A stretch of 52,875 nt of DNA from a virus (taxonomy: Duplodnaviria > Caudoviricetes): positions 1-52,875 of the IMG/VR virus record IMGVR_UViG_3300044478_000026; one strand, given 5' to 3'. The position numbers and the translations under genes are program-made. The notes beneath the pieces are model-generated. The model saw nothing but the letters and a program-made list of their open reading frames with translations. It was not told the origin of the DNA and did no database searches. Of this stretch, positions 28,177-35,997 are shown one piece after another. How positions within the stretch are numbered: the stretch's first letter is position 1; every line of letters starts with the position of its first letter.

Positions 28177-29511
28177 CTACCCCCCGACCGCCTGACCCCG
28201 CAGGCGGGCAAGCATCTCCGCCGGAGGGTTCTTGCCGGGGTTGGCCCGGCACCACGCCTCGACCTCGTCCTCCGCCGACTTGGCCTGCACCGCCAGCGCC
28301 GACTCCGGCACCAGCGTGTCGCCGACCGCCAACAGGAAGCCAACCGTTGGAATCATCGGGGCTTTCTTGAGGCGCTCCCGGAGCTTCTCCCAGTTCGCTA
28401 CTGCAAACCTGAAGTACCCCTCGACCGCGCTCTCTGAGAACTTTCTCACGAGCGTCGCGCACTGCCCCGCCTCCTTCGTCGCCCGGCGCTCGACCGTCCC
28501 GTCCGCCCGCTCACGGACCGTCCACCACTTGCCGATGTGGCTCTCAGGCAGGTCCGGCCACTTCTCGCGGACCAGCTCGTGCCACAGGTCGTAGAGCCGC
28601 CGGATGGGAGCGCCCTTGCCGCCGGGCTCTCCCCCGAGGTTCTTCTCCTTCTGGACGCGCTTCGCGGCTTTCGTCGCCAGCGCCTTGTCGGTCTTCGCCT
28701 TGGCGGCAGCCTCGACGGCTCGGAGCATCTCCAGCTTGTTCATGTCTTCAGCCTCGTCGTGGAGGAGGGGGTCGCGCGGAACTGGGGGTGGTGGTCTTTT
28801 CCGGCTGTTCCGGTCGCGGATCTTGTTTTTCGCCGGAGCCGCCGCGCGCGAGCGAAGCGAGCGTGCCGCCTCCGCGTCAGCGGAGGCTCCGCGCAGCGGT
28901 TTCCCTCTTTGGCTATTCCCTCTTTGGTTATTCCTGCTTTCTCTATTCTGGTGTCTTGCTAGCAAGACAAGGCTTGTCTTGTCCGCGAGACAAGCCTTGT
29001 CTTGCTGGCGAGACAAGCCTTGTCTTGCTGGCGAGACAAGGGGGGTCTCCGAGAAGGCCCGCAGGGCTTCACCTTTCGCCTCCGCATTCATCGTTTTCAG
29101 CGCCTCTCCGCCGACCTCTTTCCGGAACGCGGCGAGACGTTGATCTGCGAAGTAGACCTCGGCGTCCTCTCCGACGAGCTTCTTCGAGCGGAAGCCCACC
29201 TCGTAGACGCGCTCCGTCTTGTCGCCGTTCGTGTTCAGGCGGCGCAGCCACCCCAGCTTCTCCAGCTTGCCGATGTGCAGCGACACGTTCTGCCGGTTGA
29301 CTCCGACGGCTCCACCCAGCGCGGACTGGTTCACGTAGGCGACCACCTGCGACGGCTTGGGCTGGAAGTCCCCACGCCGTTGCCCGGAGCGCCACACGTA
29401 GCGTCGGATGTGGAGGTACACGAGGAGCGTCACGGCTCCGACGGCTGCTGAAGCCGACAGGTCGAAGAAGTCCTGCGGCAGTTTCAGATACGGCGGACGC
29501 TTCTCGGACAT
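28177..29511 (-). CDS. Replication initiator (lambda-O-like architecture)
   Basis: N-terminal wHTH (NQSALGGAVGVNRQNVSLHIGKLEKLGWL), internal iteron array, directly upstream of the loader and dnaB. Confidence 0.8.
   Translation of the reverse strand: MSEKRPPYLKLPQDFFDLSASAAVGAVTLLVYLHIRRYVWRSGQRRGDFQPKPSQVVAYVNQSALGGAVGVNRQNVSLHIGKLEKLGWLRRLNTNGDKTERVYEVGFRSKKLVGEDAEVYFADQRLAAFRKEVGGEALKTMNAEAKGEALRAFSETPLVSPARQGLSRQQDKACLADKTSLVLLARHQNRESRNNQRGNSQRGKPLRGASADAEAARSLRSRAAAPAKNKIRDRNSRKRPPPPVPRDPLLHDEAEDMNKLEMLRAVEAAAKAKTDKALATKAAKRVQKEKNLGGEPGGKGAPIRRLYDLWHELVREKWPDLPESHIGKWWTVRERADGTVERRATKEAGQCATLVRKFSESAVEGYFRFAVANWEKLRERLKKAPMIPTVGFLLAVGDTLVPESALAVQAKSAEDEVEAWCRANPGKNPPAEMLARLRGQAVGG
28899..29040. 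repeat. Replication origin: four 18-bp palindromic iterons plus AT-rich skewed tract
   Basis: TGTCTTGnnnGCRAGACA at 28952, 28975, 28998, 29021 (period 23 bp); adjacent pyrimidine-rich tract with TTCCCTCTTTGGYTA x2. Confidence 0.85.
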
Positions 29512-29553
29512 GCGGTCCCCGCCACCGTCATGACCTTTTCAGCCCCGAGGACC

Positions 29554-29634
29554 AAAAAAGCGAGCAGGTCCGGGGACGCCCGCCCAAGCTGGAGCCGCAC
29601 GTCGCTCCTAACTGAGCTTTCCCCGGACCTGCTC
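29554..29634 (-). terminator. Long leader hairpin followed by T6 (attenuator-like)
   Basis: Perfect 15-bp inverted repeat 29562-29576 / 29620-29634, then GCTTTTTT on the minus strand. Confidence 0.6.
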
Positions 29635-29769
29635 ACACCTGAGAATACGTGGAAGTTCATCGTGCGTCCTACCTCCAGCGAACTCGGGCGAGAGCGCGAT
29701 GGAGGGGCGCAGGGTGTACGCCCTGCGGGTCGAAGTTGTCAACGACGGAAGTTTCCCTCGGAGGATCCG

Positions 29770-30090
29770 CTACTTCACGCGCTCCCATCTCTTCGCCACG
29801 TAGGCGCTCTTGAGCCCGTCCTTGAAGTGGGCCACGTCGGAGTAGACCTCCGCGTCCTCGTTGTCGCAGACGTCGATGCGCTCGAAGAGCGCGCCCTTGG
29901 CGAGCGGAGTGATGCTCCAGACCGCGAGCCCGCCGGGCTTGCCGTACCGCACCACCAGCACCGTGCCGTCGTCGAAGACGACCAGCGCTCCGTCGTCGGC
30001 GTCATCGTCCCCCACGTAGTTGGACTCGCCGGACACATCACCCTCGAACTCGATGAGGTCGTCACTCGCGCCGTACACCTTCGTCGTCAT
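29770..30090 (-). CDS. Phage hypothetical protein (YGASDDLIEFEG motif)
   Basis: ATG 30090 in ATGA overlap. Confidence 0.75.
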   Translation of the reverse strand: MTTKVYGASDDLIEFEGDVSGESNYVGDDDADDGALVVFDDGTVLVVRYGKPGGLAVWSITPLAKGALFERIDVCDNEDAEVYSDVAHFKDGLKSAYVAKRWERVK

Positions 30091-30296
30091 GTCACCCGCT
30101 CCTTCAGCTTGCGCCGGTACTCTTTCATCCACGCCTCGATTTCGAGCGCGATTCGATGCGCCTCCTCCACGAGGCGCTGCTTCTCCGGGTCGCGTCGGTT
30201 CGTCCGCTTCGCCTCGTCGCGCTTCGCTCGGTACACCGCCAGCAACTCGGCGGCGCGTTGCGCGCACTCCTCTGCGGTGAGCCCGTCGGAGTTCAT
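30087..30296 (-). CDS. Hypothetical protein
   Basis: ATGA coupling; helical. Confidence 0.65.
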   Translation of the reverse strand: MNSDGLTAEECAQRAAELLAVYRAKRDEAKRTNRRDPEKQRLVEEAHRIALEIEAWMKEYRRKLKERVT

Positions 30297-30562
30297 TCCT
30301 TCTCCCCGAGGACCTCCAGCATCCGGCGTCCGTAGGCGATGTAGCCCCGGTACTTCTTGATGAACACCTCGCGCACCTTCTCGGGGAGCGCTTCGACCGG
30401 GTCGCAGTCGCAGTGCCAGTTCTCCATGTAGTGGTCGTGGGCGATTTCGTGCATCGTCTCCCTCTCCTCCTCCACGGACGGCACGTAGTCGTACCAGCGG
30501 TACTCCTCGTGGTCGCCCTGATGACCGGGACCGTACATGAACTTGTACCTGTACCAAGCCAT
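30293..30562 (-). CDS. Hypothetical protein
   Basis: TGATG coupling; GAGG SD. Confidence 0.7.
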   Translation of the reverse strand: MAWYRYKFMYGPGHQGDHEEYRWYDYVPSVEEERETMHEIAHDHYMENWHCDCDPVEALPEKVREVFIKKYRGYIAYGRRMLEVLGEKE

Positions 30563-30918
30563 CAGAGCCTCGCGTCTTCTTCCGCGTCGAGCAGCGACCG
30601 TTCGTCCACCCCGTGCTTCACCTGCAACCGCGTCTCCATGCCGTCGATGACCGACCGGACGTAGTTCATCACCATGAGCGCCTCGTGCGTGGAACTGGTC
30701 CGCACGCAGCCGTTCAGCCGGTCCACCAGCCGCGCCAACTCTTTCACCGACTCAGTCAGGCAGCGGTCTTCTTTGAGTGGCGCGTCGGTCGGCGTCTCGC
30801 ACTTCACGCAGCAGGACAGGAAGAACCGGAGGTGACCGACCCGCACCTGACGCTTCGTAGGCGTCGAGCAGAAGTGGCAGGGCACGGACTTCTTCAGCGT
30901 CTGGTGGGTCTGCATCAT
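30562..30918 (-). CDS. Hypothetical Zn-finger protein
   Basis: CHFC...CCVKC; GGAGG SD, ATGA overlap. Confidence 0.65.
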   Translation of the reverse strand: MMQTHQTLKKSVPCHFCSTPTKRQVRVGHLRFFLSCCVKCETPTDAPLKEDRCLTESVKELARLVDRLNGCVRTSSTHEALMVMNYVRSVIDGMETRLQVKHGVDERSLLDAEEDARL

Positions 30919-31619
30919 TCCTCCCCGAGGTACTCCTTGAGGTCGCCGAAGAAGTTCGGGACAGACGCGGACACCGCGAAGTGCCCGCCGTCGAGGAAGG
31001 CCGAATCCCGCCACAGCCACTTCCCCCGCTTCTCGATGGCGGCTCGCAGCCCCAGCGCCTCCGTCTTCTTCGGCAGCACCGCGAGCGGGTTGCCCTCTGC
31101 CGCCGGAAGGAACAGGTCGATGAGCTTCTGCATCTCCGGGAAGACGGGCTCGAAGCGGTCGTCCTTGAACCCCTTCTTCAACTCCGCGCAGATGTTCTTC
31201 GCCCACTTGACGAAGTACTCCGGCTGGAGCGGCTCCCAGTCCTCCGGGCCGTAGGGCAGGCAGTACGAGAAGGACTCGACGTAGTCGCGCCGGTTGATGC
31301 GCTCTTGCGCGAGCGTCGGCTTCTTCAGCACGCGCTCGAACTCTTCTCGACCCAACCCGATGATGTGCGCGCGAAGGTCGTCGAAGCCGTCGTCTCCGAC
31401 TCCATCCACAACCTTGTCGAGCACGCGGTAGAGGTGACGGGAGAGCGCATGGAAGACCTCGCGCACGCGCACCGCCTTCTCCGGCGTCCACGTTCGCAGC
31501 AGCGCCAGCTTCACTTTGCGAGTGTCGGTGGTCTTGGTGCCCCAGCCGATCTTCTCCACCTCCGCCCAGAACTCGTCCAGCGCCTCCGGCTTCACGTCTT
31601 CCAGCTTCGAGTGAATCAT
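30915..31619 (-). CDS. DUF4240-like protein
   Basis: DEFWAEVE...GDDGFDDLRAHIIGLGREEFE pattern. Confidence 0.65.
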   Translation of the reverse strand: MIHSKLEDVKPEALDEFWAEVEKIGWGTKTTDTRKVKLALLRTWTPEKAVRVREVFHALSRHLYRVLDKVVDGVGDDGFDDLRAHIIGLGREEFERVLKKPTLAQERINRRDYVESFSYCLPYGPEDWEPLQPEYFVKWAKNICAELKKGFKDDRFEPVFPEMQKLIDLFLPAAEGNPLAVLPKKTEALGLRAAIEKRGKWLWRDSAFLDGGHFAVSASVPNFFGDLKEYLGEE

Positions 31620-31939
31620 GCGCCCTCCTTGAACGGGTGGACCTCGAACACGCCCTGCGCGTCACGCGACGCTCGCATCCAGCTTCCGCCCCGCGCGTCG
31701 TGTCCGTTGTACGTCTCTTCGAGTACGCCGTCTGGCTGCTGCTCCGGGGGCGCGTAGGTGTCCGGGAACGACCACACAGCGATGGCGTAGTTCGGCGTGT
31801 TGAACATCACCTTCGCGCACGCGCTCTCGTCCGCGCGCGCGACCTCGAACGCCCGCTTCAACGTGCGGTACGTGCCGAGCGTCTTGTCCTCCTCCACGCC
31901 CTCGAAGTACCGGTGGCTGGTCAGGATGAAGAACTTCAT
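31616..31939 (-). CDS. Hypothetical protein
   Basis: Coupled ORF with native codon usage. Confidence 0.65.
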   Translation of the reverse strand: MKFFILTSHRYFEGVEEDKTLGTYRTLKRAFEVARADESACAKVMFNTPNYAIAVWSFPDTYAPPEQQPDGVLEETYNGHDARGGSWMRASRDAQGVFEVHPFKEGA

Positions 31940-31941
31940 CG

Positions 31942-32397
31942 TCAGAGGTCTCCCACCTGCTCAAGCGCCAGCGCGTAGTCGGGGACCGCCTCGCCCTTCG
32001 CCCGAAGCTCGTCGTTCATCTTCTTCCAGACCTCACGAGTCCTCGCGCGCTGCTCTCGCAGGTAGTTCTGCCTCCAGTCGCGCAGCCCCTCGACGTCCTG
32101 CATGTGACGGGGCATGGGAAGGTCGTAGTTGGTGAGCCCTTGGTCGCTGGCGCTACGGCTCTCGCCCGTCCACTCCGGCTTGCCTGCCGCCACCCAGCAG
32201 GCGTGGTGCCAGACCTCCGGGTGGTCCACGTTCAGAATCTCGAACTCCCCGCTGCCGACGCGCCCGTAGCCGTCGTAGAAGCCGATGACCCGCGAGCCGT
32301 CCCGCTCCAGCACGACCGCCTTCGTCATCCAGTCGCTGGGATGACCCTCGCGCACCGAGTGAGTGCAGCCCTTGCATTCCCACGAGAAGAAGCCCAT
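31942..32397 (-). CDS. Hypothetical protein (MGFFSWECKGC...YDGYG)
   Basis: GGAGG SD before ATG 32397; promoter upstream. Confidence 0.75.
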   Translation of the reverse strand: MGFFSWECKGCTHSVREGHPSDWMTKAVVLERDGSRVIGFYDGYGRVGSGEFEILNVDHPEVWHHACWVAAGKPEWTGESRSASDQGLTNYDLPMPRHMQDVEGLRDWRQNYLREQRARTREVWKKMNDELRAKGEAVPDYALALEQVGDL

Positions 32398-32414
32398 GTC
32401 CGTCCTCCGTGTGG

Positions 32415-32465
32415 GACTTAGTAACAAGAGGGTGCATTGTCAAACGCGGAAGCTGTCGCTAGATA
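32415..32465. promoter_or_regulatory. Divergent promoter pair sharing one TTGTCAA -35 core
   Basis: Minus: TTGACA-N17-TAAGTC. Plus: TTGTCA-N17-TAGATA, 6 nt before ATG 32472. Confidence 0.65.
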
Positions 32466-32471
32466 CGGGGC

Positions 32472-32777
32472 ATGAAGACGAACAAGATCCGAATCCTCGT
32501 CGTGCGCGTCGGTCAGCCTGCCGTTGTCGAGGAGCACGACCTGACGCTGGAGGTCATGCAGCGGCTGGTGGGCGGCTACGTCGAGTCGGTGGACCTCGGC
32601 GGTGGCATCTTCATGTCGTGCAACGAGGAGGGGAAGTTGCAGGGGCTGGCTCCGAACTTCGCGCTCCCCGGCGACCTCATCGTGGGCGACGTCTTCTTCT
32701 GCCGCATCAAGGACAGCAACGAGGCGTCCCTCACGGACGCGGACATCAAGCGCATCCGCGCGAAGCTGGGGAGGTAG
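32472..32777 (+). CDS. DUF3846-like protein
   Basis: LEVMQRLVGGYVESV...CNEEGKLQGLAPN...IVGDVFF. Confidence 0.8.
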   Translation: MKTNKIRILVVRVGQPAVVEEHDLTLEVMQRLVGGYVESVDLGGGIFMSCNEEGKLQGLAPNFALPGDLIVGDVFFCRIKDSNEASLTDADIKRIRAKLGR

Positions 32778-32779
32778 TC

Positions 32780-33109
32780 ATGGGAACTGGACCGTATGGC
32801 GTGAGCGAGACGAACCCGCTGCCGAACTCGAACTACCACTCGGAGCCGCTGGCGGACGCCGTCTACTGGAACGACCCGAAGCTCGCGTACATCGAGCGGC
32901 TGCGGCTGCTCTCCGACCCCGGCTACCCGTTCTGGGACGTCAGCTACTGCTACGGGCGGTTGAAGACCGGCGAGAAGGTGCGCGTGGGCCTGCCCTTCAG
33001 CGAGCTGCCGAAGCGCAAGATGTACGAGGCGCTCATCAAGTACGCGAAGGCGGACAAGGTCTACGCGAAGGGGCTCAAGGTCTTCGACGCCATCTCCACC
33101 CTGAACTGA
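32780..33109 (+). CDS. Hypothetical protein
   Basis: GGAGG SD, ATG 32780; RLRLLSDPGYPFWDVSYCYG. Confidence 0.75.
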   Translation: MGTGPYGVSETNPLPNSNYHSEPLADAVYWNDPKLAYIERLRLLSDPGYPFWDVSYCYGRLKTGEKVRVGLPFSELPKRKMYEALIKYAKADKVYAKGLKVFDAISTLN

Positions 33110-33116
33110 GGACACC

Positions 33117-33320
33117 ATGCGGCTCTTCGTCATCAAGAACCTCGACATCAACAAGTACGTCGCCATCATCAGCCCGGCAGCCATCGCGGGCGGCAGCTAC
33201 ACGTCGAGGCTCGAAGAGGCGCGCACCTTCGCTACGCGCGAAGCCGCCAAGGCGGATGCCTGCGAGAACGAGCGCGTGTACGAGGTGACCGAGTTGCTCA
33301 TGCCTCCGGTGGACCTGTGA
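33117..33320 (+). CDS. Hypothetical protein
   Basis: GAGGA SD. Confidence 0.7.
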   Translation: MRLFVIKNLDINKYVAIISPAAIAGGSYTSRLEEARTFATREAAKADACENERVYEVTELLMPPVDL

Positions 33321-33511
33321 TTGGTTCCTACGTCTGCGTGTGCGGGCACCTCGACTCGACCCACCACGAAGGACGGTCGGGGCGGTGCTCCGGGTGGTTG
33401 ACGGAGCGCTGCTCGTGTACCCAGTTCCGTCCGGACCCCTTGTACTCGAACAACCAGCCGCCTCCAGAGCACCCGTCGCAGCGGCTGCCGAAGCCCAAGC
33501 CGGTGAAGTAG
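33317..33511 (+). CDS. Small Cys/His-rich protein
   Basis: CVCGH...H...C...CSC..F; GTGA coupling. Confidence 0.6.
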   Translation: MIGSYVCVCGHLDSTHHEGRSGRCSGWLTERCSCTQFRPDPLYSNNQPPPEHPSQRLPKPKPVK

Positions 33512-33521
33512 GGTCGCGCCG

Positions 33522-33860
33522 ATGGCCGCGTACGCCGAGCATCTGGACACCTCTTCGCCCACCATCACGCATTCCGCGACTACGAGTGGACTCGTTCGCA
33601 TCGTCTACAGCGCCAACGACACGACGACCGCGACGTCGGACCCGTGGCAGGCGACGCCAACCGCCTACTCGACGATTACGTACACCCTCCCTCCGCCTGA
33701 GCCTGACTGGGCGGAGGTGGCCCGCGCCGAGAGGCGTGCCTCGTCGATGGTGCCGCCTCCGCGCGAGAACCGTGCGAAGGAGCGTCGGCACCTGAAGGAG
33801 AGGCGCGGCTTCCAGCAGATGTGCCGCCTACCCTGCTATCGAGGCTCCCGGACTCGTTGA
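33522..33860 (+). CDS. Hypothetical protein
   Basis: Fills the operon; Thr-rich N-terminus. Confidence 0.5.
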   Translation: MAAYAEHLDTSSPTITHSATTSGLVRIVYSANDTTTATSDPWQATPTAYSTITYTLPPPEPDWAEVARAERRASSMVPPPRENRAKERRHLKERRGFQQMCRLPCYRGSRTR

Positions 33861-33914
33861 CAAGCTGGTGCGCGCGCCGTGATATGCGCTTTAGATCCGC
33901 TCGGAGGACAAACC

Positions 33915-34283
33915 GTGACCACGAAATGCCCGCAGTGTCGGAGTCGAGAAATCCGGCAAACGGACAAGTTCGACGGTACGAACATCGACCCGGACGAAGT
34001 CGTTCACGACTTCGAGTGCGACAACTGCGGCTGCCTGTTCAACATCTACTTCGCCCCAGTCGAAACCAAGGTCTTTGAGCGCGGCACCCTGTTGGATCCC
34101 GAACCGGAGCCAGCTCGCAAGGGCTCCGGCAAGAACTTCCGAGTGCAGAAGCTCCACAACCCCAAAGAGCAAGTCGGGATGCCGAACACCCACAAGTGGG
34201 CGGTGATGTCCGACGACGGCTTCTACGACAGCTACCGCACCAAGGCTGAGGCTCAGTCGGTGGTGGCTTCTTTCGAGAACTGA
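33915..34283 (+). CDS. Zn-ribbon protein
   Basis: KCPQC...FECDNCG; GGAGG SD before GTG 33915. Confidence 0.7.
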   Translation: MTTKCPQCRSREIRQTDKFDGTNIDPDEVVHDFECDNCGCLFNIYFAPVETKVFERGTLLDPEPEPARKGSGKNFRVQKLHNPKEQVGMPNTHKWAVMSDDGFYDSYRTKAEAQSVVASFEN

Positions 34284-34296
34284 GACCACATGGTCT
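34283..34296. promoter_or_regulatory. Dispersed palindromic motif copy 4 (AGACCACATGGTCT)
   Basis: Intergenic, abutting TTGACC; orientation flipped in the plus-strand island. Confidence 0.65.
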
Positions 34297-34330
34297 TGAC
34301 CCTCGGTTCTCGACGAGCGAGGGTCCGTCC

Positions 34331-34657
34331 ATGCACACCAATATCAGCAAGACTCCGCGTTGTCGGTGGTGCGACAGGGAGCCGGAGTTTTCTCCGACCG
34401 TGGCGACCACGCGCGTGTGCGAGCACTGCGGCGCGATGCAGGACCCCATCATCAGCCTCAGTGGTCCGGCAGGCGGCAAACCGCGCATCTCGTTCTTCAT
34501 CAATCCGGACGACGGACTCTTCGTCGAGTTCGAGAAGAGCGTCGGAGATGAGACCGTGCGCTACACGCTGTCTCCCGCGCTCCTCCAGAAGGCGGGTGTT
34601 CCGGTCTTCAAGGCACCCTTCCCGCTCAACGGGAAGGTCGTGGACCGGGGTCTGTAA
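34331..34657 (+). CDS. Zn-ribbon protein
   Basis: CRWC...CEHCG. Confidence 0.65.
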   Translation: MHTNISKTPRCRWCDREPEFSPTVATTRVCEHCGAMQDPIISLSGPAGGKPRISFFINPDDGLFVEFEKSVGDETVRYTLSPALLQKAGVPVFKAPFPLNGKVVDRGL

Positions 34658-34865
34658 GCTCCTGTCCCCGGATGAGGGCGCAGAGCTTCGACATCTCCTC
34701 CGCGCATCCCTTCAGCGTCCGCAACTGCGCCTCGACGGCAAGCGCGAGCGTTGGGTCACTCTTCTTGATGGACTCCAACGCCGGAGCGAGAGCTTTCTCG
34801 GCGCGGGCGGCTTGGTCCACCAGCACGTCGAGCACGGCTCGGGCGGCTTTGAGGTCTATCTCCAT
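34626..34865 (-). CDS. Hypothetical helical protein
   Basis: GGAGAG SD inside a hairpin. Confidence 0.6.
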   Translation of the reverse strand: MEIDLKAARAVLDVLVDQAARAEKALAPALESIKKSDPTLALAVEAQLRTLKGCAEEMSKLCALIRGQELTDPGPRPSR

Positions 34866-34895
34866 CTCTCCAGAACTAAAGGATCTGGAGAGATG
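34863..34895 (-). promoter_or_regulatory. 12-bp hairpin occluding SD and ATG
   Basis: CATCTCTCCAGA-N9-TCTGGAGAGATG. Confidence 0.6.
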
Positions 34896-34905
34896 AAGCT
34901 AGTTC

Positions 34906-35481
34906 CTACACCCCGAGGGCGTACTGGAAGTGTACGCGAGAGCAGAGCGCGACGAACTCCTCGTGGGTGAGGTTGCTCTTCATGAGGTTCATTTTTCGAG
35001 TAACCCAGTGCAGGTTGTCCTTTGAACTGTCTCCGCCACGCAGAGTAGGTGTTTTGTGGTCGAGAGATGCGCTGCTCGGTGTTCTTCCACCCAGCGTCAT
35101 TGGTTCTCCAGAGTAGGCGCACAGTCCCTGCTGTCCTTGCCAGAGCGCCCACGCCTCTAAGGGGTCTGCTCCGTGCGCGACCGCCCGACTCTTGATCCAA
35201 CAGGATTCACAGAACGACTGAGAGGCGTGGTGGACAATCGCTTTGCCGCCCCCACACCAAGTGCAGAGTCCGCTGGCTCTGCGCCGGGCAAAGCGCCGTT
35301 CTCTCTGCTTCCGAAATCGGGCGCGGCACGGAGCGCATTCATTCCGCCCCTTCGTAGGTCGTCGGTCTCCGCACTTCGGGCACAGACCGGCCCGACGTCG
35401 TGCATCTACGCGAACAACACGGTTCTCGCAGCGGTTGCATCGACCACTCGGATGTTTCGACTTCGCTCCACACGGGCACAT
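34906..35481 (-). CDS. HNH (homing) endonuclease with repeated CxxC Zn-ribbons
   Basis: GLCAYSG...SLDHKTP...GGDSSKDNLHWVTRKMNLMKSN; repeated GLCxxCG units; more A/T-ending codons than flanking genes. Confidence 0.85.
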   Translation of the reverse strand: MCPCGAKSKHPSGRCNRCENRVVRVDARRRAGLCPKCGDRRPTKGRNECAPCRARFRKQRERRFARRRASGLCTWCGGGKAIVHHASQSFCESCWIKSRAVAHGADPLEAWALWQGQQGLCAYSGEPMTLGGRTPSSASLDHKTPTLRGGDSSKDNLHWVTRKMNLMKSNLTHEEFVALCSRVHFQYALGV

Positions 35482-35520
35482 GCCCGGAGCTTCTCACACG
35501 CCGTTGGCGTATTGAAAGTG
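34933..35520 (-). mobile_element. Putative free-standing homing element carrying a replacement endolysin 3' end
   Basis: Defined by duplicated HFQYA(N/L)GV-stop coding segments at 35494-35520 and 34906-34932. Confidence 0.65.
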
Positions 35521-35988
35521 CATACTATCGCGTGTCGAGCGCCACGCACCGCCCCAGTTCCAGCCCTGTTCGGTGAACGCCGCCACCCACTCCGGAGGCA
35601 GGTCCGTCACCAGCGTCTTGGCGACCGGGTTCTTGTCCCAGTTCACGTCGAACGCGCAGCCCCACGAGTGCAGCGAGAGCGGGTTCTTCGGGTCGTGCAT
35701 CTGGTGGCGCGGAACATGACCGCCCAGCATCCGCACCTTGTACTTCGGCGCGCGGCGCATCGCTTCGCCGAGGCAGTACTCGAAGATGGGGACGACCTTG
35801 TAGTGCATCTGGATGTTGAGGCCCGTCTTGCAGACGTTCCGCAGCATCACGATGTTGTCCTTCTCCCATGTGTCGTCGATGTCGATGGCACCCTTCGCCA
35901 GCTCGACGTACTTGAACTCGCCGTACACCTTCTTCACGGCAGCCCAGCCGTTCGGGGGCGGGAACGAAACTGCAATCGGGGTCGGCAT
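35494..35988 (-). CDS. Endolysin, peptidase M15 family
   Basis: R...LSLHSWGCAFDVN...WGGAW...DSMHFQ Zn-peptidase motifs; AGGAG SD. Confidence 0.9.
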   Translation of the reverse strand: MPTPIAVSFPPPNGWAAVKKVYGEFKYVELAKGAIDIDDTWEKDNIVMLRNVCKTGLNIQMHYKVVPIFEYCLGEAMRRAPKYKVRMLGGHVPRHQMHDPKNPLSLHSWGCAFDVNWDKNPVAKTLVTDLPPEWVAAFTEQGWNWGGAWRSTRDSMHFQYANGV

Positions 35989-35997
35989 GGTGTTCTC

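Noticed and set aside
28952-29040. Regularly spaced palindromic repeats as a mini-CRISPR array (a Cas4-like gene is present)
   Set aside because: Spacers are only 5 bp and nearly identical, the array lies inside the initiator ORF, and no cas1/cas2 or effector gene is present; iterons fit better.
34933-35520. Group I intron in the endolysin
   Set aside because: The segment is almost entirely coding, leaving no room for a ribozyme core, and the upstream gene is already complete with its own stop.
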